A stretch of DNA of 64,000 nucleotides from Callorhinchus milii (lineage: Eukaryota). The stretch's first letter is position 1. Each line of letters begins with the position of its first letter. A program made the position numbers and the translations under genes. Positions 52,885 to 64,000 of this stretch are shown here, one piece after another. The notes under the pieces were generated by a model. It was not told the DNA's origin. It worked only from the letters and a program-made list of their open reading frames with translations, and searched no databases. The DNA lies in the NCBI RefSeq assembly GCF_018977255.1, contig NW_024704743.1, positions 83,330,001 through 83,394,000 of the forward strand. Direction: 5' to 3'.

Positions 52885-53090
52885 CCAGCACAATGTGTTG
52901 GCTCAGCTGATTCATTAGAGTAGAGAAGTACATGGTGATACTAAGAGACTGATGGGGGTATCCGGTCAAGCAGCACATAGTGATACTGGGAGAGTGATGG
53001 GTGATATCTGTTCTAATAGTACATTGTGATACTGGGAGACTGATAGGAGAGATCCCGTAGTCTAGCACAATGCATTGCTGAGAGACAGGA
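52885..53090. repeat. Degenerate ~45 bp tandem repeat, 4-5 units
   Basis: Recurrent acat(g/a/t)gtgatact(gg)gaga(c/g)tgat at ~52930, ~52975 and ~53021, plus decayed flanking units. Confidence 0.75.
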
Positions 53091-53791
53091 AAAAAGAGAA
53101 GCGAATACCAATTCAATTTATATTCAATGTGGCATTAAAATAAAACAGACCATAACGAATATTAAATTGAAGTATCTTTCTATACGGACAGGCCAAAGGT
53201 TGTTGATGTCATCAACCACCTTGGGTGAAAATAAACCATAACTTATTGTTACACTACTGTACAAGATTTTCCCAAAACAGAGCCTCATCAGGTCATACAA
53301 ACAGTACAAAAAAAATCAATTGACATATAATGACTATTGAACTTTGTTTATATAACAACCAGTTTGGTTGCTGTTGTTAGGGTTGGATTACGAGTCGCCA
53401 TTGATGATTTTCCCCCCTGACACTCTTGTTGAGTGTCCAGAATGCCCAGCATGATCCCTTTCAGAGAAAAAGCATGGTTGGCTCTAACAAAGACTTCTTA
53501 GGTAATTATCAGAAAACAGCAGAAGTAAAACTGAAAAGATCAATAAAATGTATTCTGAACAGACAGCTCTTCACCTTTCATAGCGTCCTGCTCCCAGGGC
53601 CATCTCACTATTTATTTCAAACAGTCTAGAGACTGCAGTCATTCATCAGGAAAGGAGGAGTGTTCAACTTCTGCCTTTAAACAGTTGTTTACTGCCTCCC
53701 CATGTCCCAAAAAGGCAGCAGCAGTTGCAAACTCTCCCTTCAGAAATGGCCTCAACTCACTCCGACTGAAAGTAAGAGTTCAAGGGATGGC

Positions 53792-54015
53792 TCATTCCAG
53801 TGTAGTTGCCTCGGAATCCTGGTGATCTGATGTAAAATGTTCAAAGTGACCTTCCATTGCTTTGTGGAGATCATCATGTCGAGACAATCTGAATCGCCGG
53901 TCTGGGTACTGGTTATTGTCAAAGGGCACACGATGGACACATTGTACATGCGTCTTCAGGTTCCCCTTCTGGGAGGCACTGTACGGACAGTATCTGCACT
54001 GGAAAGGTCTCTCTC
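53792..54015 (-). CDS. ZNF536: Terminal coding exon of a C2H2 zinc-finger transcription factor (ZNF536 distal last exon); upstream exons not found in window
   Basis: Pyrimidine-rich acceptor ctacttctttattctcatattacAG (AG at 54017-54016), phase-1 start G|GA GAG AGA CCT. Translation GERPFQCRYCPYSASQKGNLKTHVQCVHRVPFDNNQYPDRRFRLSR...TTLE*, TGA at 53794-53792. Finger is C-x2-C-x12-H-x4-H. The YCPYSASQKGNLKTHV..VHRVPFDN.QYPDRRF string matches my recollection of the ZNF536 long-isoform C-terminus. Confidence 0.88.
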
Positions 54016-54457
54016 CTGTAATATGAGAATAAAGAAGTAGCATTAAATACAGGCAAGTGGGAACCTCTAAAAAAAGCACATTTTGAGAATGTATTTCCTC
54101 ACAGATACACAAGCAATTTAATCTCTAAAAGATCTAACACTTTGCTGAGATAAGCAACATGTATCTGCTGCGAACAAATGGCCAATATAATAAAATGTAT
54201 CAATGATATGTCTATATGGGAAATAGTTCTTGCGATAAAGTACTTGCATAGGCTGCTGAGATACACCATTTCAAGGATGTGGAGTGTTACATTTCAGTGA
54301 GGCAAAAAGGCAGCCAGGGCAGGTCTGGCCCGCTGAAGTAATCTGCTATGGGTTGATTGCGTAGGTTCAATGACAGTAGCTGTGTAAACGTTCTCAGCCC
54401 AGATTGTCTGACTTCCTAAAGAATGAAATAGTATAGTGGTAAGAAGGAAGCTAACTT

Positions 54458-54500
54458 GTGTGTGTGTGTGGGGGGGGGGGGGGGGGGGGAGGGGGGAAGG
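54458..54500 (+). repeat. (TG)n followed by poly-G
   Basis: tgtgtgtgtgtgtg followed by about 20 G. Confidence 0.9.
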
Positions 54501-54811
54501 GAACAGATAGGTTGCAGCGAAAACAAATAGTAAAATGGATCAATTTATTTGGAGGATTGTTGGCCAGGATCCTGGGAGAAACAACTCTTTTCTCTTTTTA
54601 AGTTGTGCATGTCATACGACGACTTAGATGGGTACAAATTTTGTTTGACTTCCAAGCATTGCCAAAGCCATTACATGTAATACTGAAAGGAATTATTTTA
54701 CTCCAACTGTAAGAGGAAGAAAATAAATCCAATAGAATAGTAGCAGAGAAGTATTTTTGTAAAAAAAAGTTTAATTTGCTTGGCTATTGTAGCATAAAAC
54801 GACCATAAGAA

Positions 54812-54985
54812 ACATTTGAAAGGGAATTGGTTAAATATTTGAGGGAAAATAATGCTAAACGGTTTGAGGAAAGAGCGGGGGAGTGGGTTCAGTGTACATT
54901 GCTTCAGTGGGGAAGCTGCAAGCAACACTGATTCAATGGGGTGAATGGCCTCATTCCTTGCTATAAATTTTCCAATTCTATGAAA
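54812..54985 (+). mobile_element. CR1 3' tail
   Basis: catttgaaagggaattgg...gaaagagcgggggagtgg...tgaatggcctc...ttctatga. Confidence 0.8.
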
Positions 54986-55981
54986 TGGGTAATGTCTAAA
55001 GCTTATTGGCAATTCACGGCTGAGGGTGAAAACAACTATTTAATCTTAAATCCATATCCAGAAGATACAAGATAACTGTGTTCATAGCTGCTTTATGACA
55101 CATTGAAAAAAATAAAATGGGAGAGTACTGTAGACATGTCCTGGTGAGTGTCACAAAACAAATTTTTGAATCTGATATAAAAAGCAGCAGCAAAGATGAC
55201 AGCAGTAGGACTTCAAATGACATGGGGTTATTTGAGTTCATGCGAGCTATCCATTAGGTAAACAAAAATAAAATTAATTTACTGTTGTCCCTTCAGAGAA
55301 TGACTTTCTTCTCTGAAGAGCTTTCACTGTAATTCTACTTTTATTAGCGTGGATTGACCTCAGTTGGATTCTTCCTATAGTCATCCCTGGCTAGGTATCC
55401 CTGTGGCAGTGAAAGATACAGTAGTGGGATATCGAGTAGTTATTTCAAGAATTATTTCTTGCTGCTTCGATGCATTTGTTGGAAATGATTAATACTAAAT
55501 GGAAAACAATAACTTTATTCTATTCTGACAAATTTCTGCAAATTTTGTATCACGGTGAACCTGAGTTCCACCTCAAAGTCAGTTTGAGTTAATTTTCACC
55601 AAATTACCTGCTTATTTTATTTTGTTTTGGTTCGCGTCACCTCTCCTTCATGTTTGAGGGACTCTCTGTACTGTGAGAGAAGGGCAGCTAACTAACTGCA
55701 GGACCTTCACAGCAATGGCCAATGTCGCTCTGTGGCTGGAAGCTAGGATTGAAGTGAGTCTTCTCAGCAGCTAATATCAATAGCACTCACTGTCTGGGGG
55801 GAGCCCGAATGTGAATGTCAGCTCAGGATGGATTCAAACCTAGGTCTCCTAGACTGTGGCATAGCCACTGGGCTGGCCCAGACACTTCATATTAAAAAAA
55901 ATCGAAAAACTGGGCCCTGACATTATAGGACTGGAGCAGACATGAGATAGCGGAAGGGAAAAAAAAATCTCAAAATGACCT

Positions 55982-56002
55982 GTCAGCACCCTGGATAGTT
56001 GT
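55982..56002 (+). promoter_or_regulatory. RE1/NRSE (REST)-like site
   Basis: gTCAGCACCctGGAtAG vs consensus TCAGCACCnnGGACAG; canonical 2 bp spacer, one core mismatch, weak 3' end. Confidence 0.4.
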
Positions 56003-57508
56003 GTAGCTTTTCATAAAGAATGAAAGCCATGTACAAAAAAGTCAATGCAGAGTACAAATAAAAAGATTTGAACCTGACAGATTAATACTGTAGATGGAAT
56101 TCAGACAGATGAAGAACGCAGCTATTTCGAAATGCAGTTCAATAATACAATAACTCATGAAGTGATCAACTTCAAATATCCAGAATTTCAAGTTTATTTT
56201 AACCCCGAACTGCCAGAACTCAATTTCCTGGCATGGAATAATCTTCAATACTTGCTTCAAGCTCTCATCTAATGGGTAATGGGCCACAATAAGCTGGAGA
56301 GGTGCTTGCAAATGCTGCTGTATCCTTGAAGCCTTTTCTGCGCTCACTGCAAGGATTACTGCTCAGTGCTGTGATGACTTCCCATTGCTCACACAATCCT
56401 GAGGAAGTGCAGCACGAGCTGGCACTGTCACGTCTACACTAACTTGCCTATATTTTACCGTGGCACAAAAATTCAATGGTGNAAAAAAATCAGAGTCTCC
56501 ACAACTGCTCTCTTTTCTGCAAATTGCTTGCATTCAAAGAAAGTTTCTGCGTTCCGATCCTCAACCTGTAGCTGCCACCAGCCATCCCCCACCCCAGCTC
56601 TCACCCTCAGCTCTGGAGCCCAGCCAGAAATTCAAGCGCTTTGTGACATCAACCAGATGTGAAATAAATGTATTGAACCATCTTTTCTTCCAAATTCCAC
56701 AAAGAGGCGCATTTAGCTCAGTTATAGCCTCAAAAAGTGCTGCCTTTGCATTGAAGGTGCAGCTGAAAAACAAACTGTGCCTAAAAAGTGAGGTGCTCAT
56801 TGCTGAGAGTCAAAAATGCATTTGTGCTGTTGCAACCGGGGAATAATCTACCCTAAAACCTTCTCAAGTGTGAACCAATAAATTATTCATATCACTTATA
56901 GAACATGTGTTTCAAAAGCATTTTTTACTCCAACCAAAATGTTGATGAAAACATTATTGAGCCATTGCTCTACACGCACAGGATTGATCGGGTAATCCTC
57001 TATTTTTACCACGGCAAGAACGGGAAATGTAAATATCCAGTTATCATGATGCTGAAATAACTGGTCCCTGACTACAAAGTAGGCAGACAGAGCACTCAGT
57101 CCTCACAATTCTGACACTGGCTGGCCATCAGTCTCCTACATTCAGCAACAAAATACAGTCAATCCACTTTACAATATATTGTGTGAAATGCTTTGAGACA
57201 TCTCATTAAGGCGCTATATCAAATGCAAGGACTATTATCATACATTATATGAAACTTTTGGACCAGACAATCTATTTTATTGAATAGGTCATCTGAAATA
57301 TCTAAAATATGCTTAGGATATTGAAAGTGTGCTTTTCCCCCCACAAATAATACATAGATTACTTTTCCTCCTTCCTGACATGACTTGTCATATGGAGGTG
57401 TTAGTTTTCGAAGATTTTTACTGAGAACATCAGAGCCAAGCCATGGCCGTGCCCCTACACACTCCCCACCCACACCCTATCTAGTCTGGGACTATGACAC
57501 CCATCACC

Positions 57509-57846
57509 CATAGGCAGCAGATGAAAATATTCTGGGGAGGGTGGGGCTCAGTTAAAGGGTCGGATTCCATGAAGACAAGGGAGCCACTGACTTGACAGAC
57601 AGGAGCATTGGTCAATCAGAGGTGAGGACACCGCAACAAGCAGCCCACCAGCCCAGAAGTGGGTGTAGCCCATGATGAGTTGGGAGAGGGTGATGCGCGG
57701 TGAGGCTATTTGGAGGATGGGCTGTGATCCTCCTCAGGGTTTTTGCCTCCCAGCTCCCCTAAACAGGTGAGCTCTGGATACATGGTGGGGGGGGGCTGAA
57801 CCCCCTCTAGCCCCACCCACCTAGCCCTAGCCAGCCCTAGCCTATG
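57509..57846. mobile_element. Possible Harbinger-type MITE
   Basis: cataggc...gcctatg termini and subterminal ggggggctgaaccccctctagccc; no clear TSD. Confidence 0.3.
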
Positions 57847-60800
57847 AGCACACCCCATCTGGTCTGGGAATTGGCAAAGGTGCCCATTCTGATTACACAT
57901 AGAGAAAACAGATACTTTGGTGAGAATTATAACGTTATAATTTAATGGGAAATGAAATCTCTGACGACAACAGAAACTGCCCGTGTCGCACTCACATCAA
58001 GACTTTTAAAATTGTCAGCTAAAATGAGGAGCTGAATTCCATCCCATAACTCACTCACCAGCATCTGTTATTATACAAAATCTAGATGGATATGGTTTCC
58101 AGAATACATCTGCTAAAGCATTACATCACTGCTGCTCTGAAGGGCCATTTACATGAAACCTCCAACAAAACTAAGCCCAACTGATCTCATCACTTACTGC
58201 AATGCCACACAGATACTGTGAATACAATAGTCGCATTTGTATTGTAGTACGTTATCAGGGCATTTGTTTTGTAGTACATAATACAATGATATGTCCTTCA
58301 GAAAAAGGGATTAATAGTAATAATAACCCTTTCATTTGGTATGGCGTCTCTAATTCCAGGACGTGTGTATAATAACAGCTTCCAGTTTATAGCGCCCTTC
58401 ACACATGGTAGTGCCCCAGAGCACTTGCATTTGATAATAATATTTATTTTCATTATATAATAATCCTTGCGTTTGATATTAATATTTAATAATATTTAAA
58501 CAACAGCAATTTTGTGAAAATAGCTTTTGGGGTTAAAATTACCATCGCATGCAACCTGTTGTGAGGGCAGCCTGGGGAAGGAAGGTTTTGTTCAATTTCC
58601 TTCCGGTTATGCCCTTTTGGGCCCTCTTGTGTTCGGATTGCTGAGTGGAGCAAATATTTAGATGTACACTTAAGGGATATAGAAATTCCCCCTGGGTCTA
58701 GTTTTTCTCTATTTTCCCAGCATTTCAGAGCAAATAGAATTTCGTAAATTCTTTAACACAATCTTAATTTTGAAGCCGGTTTTCTGTCAGCATTCTGTGA
58801 CTATTTTGTATGAAGGATGCTCTTTAAATGCAAGTTACTGTTGTAACTTCTGTTAGGAATTACAGAAAACTGTCTTAAAAATTGAGACTGATATCAGGAA
58901 ATTGCCAAATTTAGTATGCTCTGACACATTACGTAAATACAGTAAATCTAATCCCAGGGAGATTTCTGCAAGGGAAACCCCACTCGATTTGCTACATTTA
59001 ATTGGATTTAGTGAAGGCTGGTAGCCCTGGTAATTGACAGCAAATAGACCCAGCCTTGTTTGAGGAATTGGTGACAAAACAAGCTCAGTCAGTGACTACC
59101 TGCTCTGCCTTTGTCTGCTGTCACTCCTGCTGTTGCTAATGATAATAATGATAATGTTTGCATTTGATATGGCACCTTATCACGTCGTTGAGACGTCACA
59201 AAGCGCTTTATAGAATATATTGAAAAGTGGATTGACGGGAGAGAAATATCACTGTTGTACATGACGCCATAACTATAAAAGTATTAAGGACTAAATTTGT
59301 ATCTTATTAAAATCCCTGAATTTCCATCTAGTCTTAGCCTGTAAGACTATTCTAGCTTAAAATTAAGATTGTTCATAATTGCGTAAAATTCTTAAATAAT
59401 GTCATAATTTGGAAGCAGATTTCAGGCAGTTGTTTAAAATAATCGGCTTCTAAATTAAGATTGAATTGAAGACTTTTGCACAATCCTGCATGACCTTAAA
59501 TTTTACGTCAAAAATGGTGACACAAACTAAAACCTAGTGGGATTCAAGGCTCTAAATGCACAAACCTATGTATTATGGAAAATAATATTCTAAAAATTGG
59601 ATACCAGCTTTATCAGCCAATAACCTGTAAAAACAGCTTAAGACGTCCTCTCTAAGTTGATACCAGAGCACACATATTTTTACTGATTGACCCTGAACAA
59701 AGATGACAGCCAAAAAGTCTCCTACAGAGCAAACCATTGTGCAAAAATTGTGGGGTGTTTAGAGCTGAAACTAGACAGTAATTATTGACTTAAATTTCAA
59801 AACAGATTCAACATGATAAAATGTAGCAAATTTACTCAGAGAAATGCTTAATATTCAACGGATCGGTAACACTTGATTCCAGTTTGTACAACATATCTTT
59901 CGAAATTCAGAAGCATGAAATTCTGTCTGCACAATAGTGCACACAGCTTGAGCATCATTTTGTAGGATCTGAACTCAACTGATTTGGCAACACATTCAAA
60001 GGAGGGGATTGTGAGCTTGTTTACAAATGGCACCAATGTTCTTGACCTGCGTTCTGTGTCCCCCCACAGGTTTTAGAGATTACTACAGTGTGTGGCCCAC
60101 AACATTGAGTCATGGGGTGTGCATCTGTGTGTGAGTGTGTTCTACAACTTCTGACTTGAGATGGTAAAAATTAGTCTTCAGATCTCCTGCCTTTAAATGT
60201 CAGCATCCAATGTGCACTGCATATTTTAGGTTTCTCTGTTGAAAGAATAGAATTAGGCACTTTGAGCAATGTTCAAGTGGTGGAGTTGATATTTGAGCAC
60301 TTTGTTTTTTGAACTTTTCGCCCACAAAATATACAGTCAATTCACTTTACAGCATATTCTGCAAAGCAATATGAGCCGTCTGAATGATGTGATAAGGCAC
60401 TATATCAAATGCAAGGATTATTATTATTATTGAGCATCACTCATAGTGCAGCCCCAGCCTTTACAGTGTATGTGTGTGTGTGTCTAGATTTACTCTATAC
60501 AGCAATTTAAAGCATCCAAAGTTTGACAAACTCTTGAATTCAGTCTTAACCTGGAAGCTGTTTTTTTTATTAAGAATTGTCCCAAATCCTGGATGTTCTA
60601 AAATGTTATGGGAAGAGAGTAAATCTAAACCTAGATGGAATTTCTCCCCATACATTTATAAGTCCTGTTGTCCACGAGTTTTTGCAAGGTTACTTTGAAC
60701 TTATCGCAAGCATGACAAAAAAGATGTCACCACTGAGTGTTCTGATATCTGGAAGTATGGGTGGTAACGGCAGCGGAAGAGAGAGCTGGGGATGAAGTAT

Positions 60801-62559
60801 CCTGTTGTTGGCGCCTAAGGAGTGGCATTGTGTAAAGATGATGCTTGTAAAATCCTGTGCTTTCATTCAGCTAGAGTTCATGCCCATGTTACAGAAGATC
60901 ACCAGCCCCCTTTCTCTGAGAAATAACAGCTGTTCATAAAGCTGATGAAATGCAACAAACGTTTCACAGCTTTTTGTGAAAAAGAGATCTGTGCAGCAAG
61001 GAGCTAAAAATAGTCTACCTAGGGTGCAATAATTTTTTTGTCCAACAAAATTAAAATAGATTTTCTATCAGGGTGTGAAGTAAAATTCGCAATTGAATTT
61101 GGGCATTTCTAATTGAAGCTGCGTGTGAAACATGTAAAAACTCATCCATCCATTGCACAGCCAAGCCTTCACCCTGCAATTTCAAATTCTTAAATCACAT
61201 TTGGATTGCAAAAAGAAACACATGTTACAGTGTAAATGGAGCATTTTGTCCAATGAACTAGCTCTGTATTTGAAAAAAAATTAAAGGTACTAAATATTAT
61301 AAATGCTGTTCATTTATTCCTAATGGCATATAACAACTTTAATTGCTTAGGTTCAACATAAGGATTATTTTAAGATAATAAAAAAGCACAAATTTTTCCT
61401 TTGTTAAAATCTGCATTTCCTGCAGTCAATCAGTAAATGTATTTTTGCATTTTTGCAAAGATAATTCACTCAGAGCAAGCAGATATACAATCCCAGATGG
61501 AACAATCCATCAAACTGTTCAATTTTGCCACAGATTTTGGGGGCTACAAGCGATCCAAAAATTATTTTTTGTTAAAAAATTAAAAATTGACAGTGGACAC
61601 TTCATTTTTTAGTTCTTTGTAAATTAAGAGTGTAAGTAATCAAATTACTAAGTATTATTTGAGTGACTTTCTGTCCACTTTGCCTTTGAATGTCTGCCAG
61701 CACCGGCGATGTTGCATTGTTTGTGGGAATGGTGAAGAACACAATTATTTCAATGTAACTCTGAAACATTACTACTGTAAGTGCTGCAGCTAAAACCAGC
61801 GGAATACAAATGTAATAAACACACAAGGACACATACAACGTAGCAATTAAAATCCATTCCCAAAGCGTGCTGGATTCAAGCTCAGTGTGTTTGATCCACT
61901 TCAGAAAACATGCTCGGGATTTCGAGTCTCAATATCTTTACTGCACTTAAGGATAAATTATGCACGAAAAAGCAGCATCATCATCTGAAGTGTAACAAGC
62001 TGAACTGTTTTGTCATCTGCCTGCACCTGATTGATTAGAACTGGCAACTCACGACAGGTGAGTGATTGTAAAATAAGAGGATGATCCACAACTGATGAAT
62101 AACCACGCAAATTCAAATTTAAAAAAAGCTAAAAGCAATCCGGCAATTGTGATGCTAACAAGGCAGGCTGCAATTTCCAGGAATCTCCCCCTCCCATAGT
62201 TATTTTGTTCAAATTCCAGATGGCTCCCAGTCCCTTCTTGATTTTGATTAGACAAAAAAATCTATCTTCTTAAGGAAAGAAGCTTATCTCTGAGTGAGTG
62301 CGCTCGGAACATTAGGTGTGGATGTGGGAAACCATTTTCTGGATCATTTTAGCACCAATGTGCTTTTATGACTGCTCCTCTCTCCCCTCCTTTCCTATAT
62401 AGTGTGTGCGTGGGGGCGTGCGAGGGGAAGGAGACGTGGAGGGTGGAGGGAAGGTAACGAAGGAAAAAAAATGGAATACAGGAATTCAAGGAGTGAGTTC
62501 GCAAGCATACTTGTTCTATCCACTGATCAGCTTTGTGAGCTGATCACTCACTGATCAAG

Positions 62560-63008
62560 CTGATCCTCGCCCGCTTTTACTTTCACTGGCTCACCATCCT
62601 CCAGACGATCGAGTTCAAGATCCCTGTCCTAACCTTTAAAGCCCTCCATGATCTTGCTCCATTCTACCTCTGCGACATACTAAAACTTCACCAATCTTTC
62701 CACTCCCTCTGCTTGCTCCATGTCCCCTGCCCTATCCGTTCCACTAACGGTGGTTGGGATTTCAGCCTTTCTGTCCTTACCCTCCATCTCAGAGCACCTC
62801 CGCCTAGCCCCATCCCTTGCCTTCTTAAGGTCCATCTCAAGACCTTCCTTTTTGACTGTGCCTTCGGTCATCTTCCTTCTTTACCCCCCTTGCTGTCTAA
62901 CCCCTCTGATCCCAACCTGCAACTCAGGTGCAAACCCCTCATTGTCCAGCACCTTGGGACATCCTCCCGACATGAAAGGTGCTATATAAATGCAATTTGT
63001 TGTTGTTT
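62560..63008 (+). mobile_element. L2 3' fragment (type A)
   Basis: cactggctc...gagttcaagatc; LKVHLKTFLFDCAF; ccttgggacatcctcccgacatgaaaggtgctatataaatgc + (TTG)n. Confidence 0.88.
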
Positions 63009-63559
63009 TACTTCTTTGACGAGAGAAGTGGTGACTCAGTTTTGACCATTATGATAAAGCAGGGGAGAAACCTGGTTACTTCTGCATCTGCATGGCTTTG
63101 CACATAAATTATTCCAGCTCTGAAAGATACGTTTACTAAAATTCATAGGATGGAACACTTGCCTGTAACCATTTGAGGACTGCAGTAGGAATTTTGCACT
63201 GAAATAGGAAATACAACAAGGTTAAAATGCTTTAATTAATTCAGAGAATAGAGCAAGAAATAAACATTTTATGATGACTTACATTCCTTTAATTATGTTC
63301 TTTAATTGTTCAGCAGAAACAAATTCATAGAAAATCACTTTGTTGACATTAAATACAAATAGTTAAGTTGTAAAGAGTGAAGCAGTGTGCATGTTTTTAT
63401 TTATGGTAAAGATTTCAAATGTATTCAATTGTTCAAAGATTTGGACTTTTTTAAAAAGTAATTTCTTCAAGATAGTTTTCTCCAATCTTAGAAGGAGATC
63501 CCTTCCCCTACACACTGTCCACTGACATTGGAACTGAATACTTTCTGGGATCAATTGAC

Positions 63560-64000
63560 TGAATTTCATGGGATACTTTGTAAGTAACCAGAAAAAATTG
63601 AGAGGCTATGTAATACAGGTCTTTAAGATTCTGAAGAGGTATGATATCCCTATATCCAGAACATTCATATAAACCAATATCACTAGTCACTGCCCATCAA
63701 AATAAGAATTTCCTTTTAATCTCATTTTTTTGTCTCCTGCCTCCCAACCAATGTTTTTTTTCCATGTCACAATATTACCTCTAGTTATATACCTGAGTTT
63801 TAGCTAGTATTCTCTTACGTGGCACTTTATCAAATAGCTTCTGAAGACCCACTTAAATGACATCCATCAATCTTCCTTTAATTATAACCTCAGTGGTTCT
63901 GTCAAAGAACTCTATGCAGCAAATTAGATTTGATCTATCTTTGACAAAACCATGCTGACTCTCCCTGATTTGTTCATACACTATTTATCTAGTTCTGCCC
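63560..64000. mobile_element. Degenerate CR1 fragments (+ 63560-63680; - 63690-64000)
   Basis: ttgagaggctatgtaatacaggtctttaagattctg; minus strand agtcagcatggttttgtcaaa (SQHGFVK) RT motif. Confidence 0.7.

Larger units (their letters stand above)
49480..53791 (-). other. Probable long 3' UTR of ZNF536
   Basis: Follows the stop codon; AT-rich and LINE-free. Minus-strand poly(A) signals: AATAAA at 52332-52327 and 49799-49794, ATTAAA at 49505-49500 followed by a U/GU-rich tract. True end cannot be fixed from sequence. Confidence 0.5.

Noticed and set aside
54016..54112. N-terminal part of ORF 53792..54112
   Set aside because: Lies upstream of a clear splice acceptor; intronic read-through.
56042..56347. 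101 aa ORF as an additional ZNF536 exon
   Set aside because: No recognisable domain or convincing splice boundaries; better explained as non-coding.
57925..57942. 18 bp perfect palindrome aattataacgttataatt
   Set aside because: AT-rich 9 bp arms are plausible by chance in 64 kb.
62049..62255. 68 aa hydrophobic ORF as a micropeptide
   Set aside because: No ATG start and no homology recognised; hydrophobicity is expected from T-rich DNA.

Overview
Eukaryotic, repeat-rich vertebrate DNA. The repeat families (L2, CR1, Deu-type and CORE-type tRNA-SINEs, Penelope pLTRs) look chondrichthyan, possibly chimaera/elephant shark; this is inferred from family recognition only. The only supportable host coding sequence is a minus-strand terminal exon (54015-53792) encoding a C2H2 finger (GERPFQCRYCPYSASQKGNLKTHVQCVHRVPFDNNQYPDRRF...), recognised as the distal last exon of ZNF536. 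It is followed by a probable ~4.3 kb 3' UTR. 54016-64000 is intron, and 1-49400 is downstream intergenic DNA (the ZNF536-TSHZ3 gene desert in other vertebrates) with several candidate conserved non-coding blocks. The rest is retroposon debris: one end-to-end decayed L2 nested in a SINE, many L2/CR1 3' fragments, three SINE types, two Penelope remnants with decayed hammerhead motifs, and an unclassified ~0.9 kb repeat family. I found no convincing new protein-coding system. The most interesting structures are a covarying 3' stem-loop shared by two L2 subfamilies and two SINE families, recurrent fold-back/templated junctions, an 83 bp near-perfect inverted duplication and an RE1/REST-like site. 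Repeat boundaries are approximate unless a target-site duplication (TSD) is cited. Family names are from memory, not from database searches.
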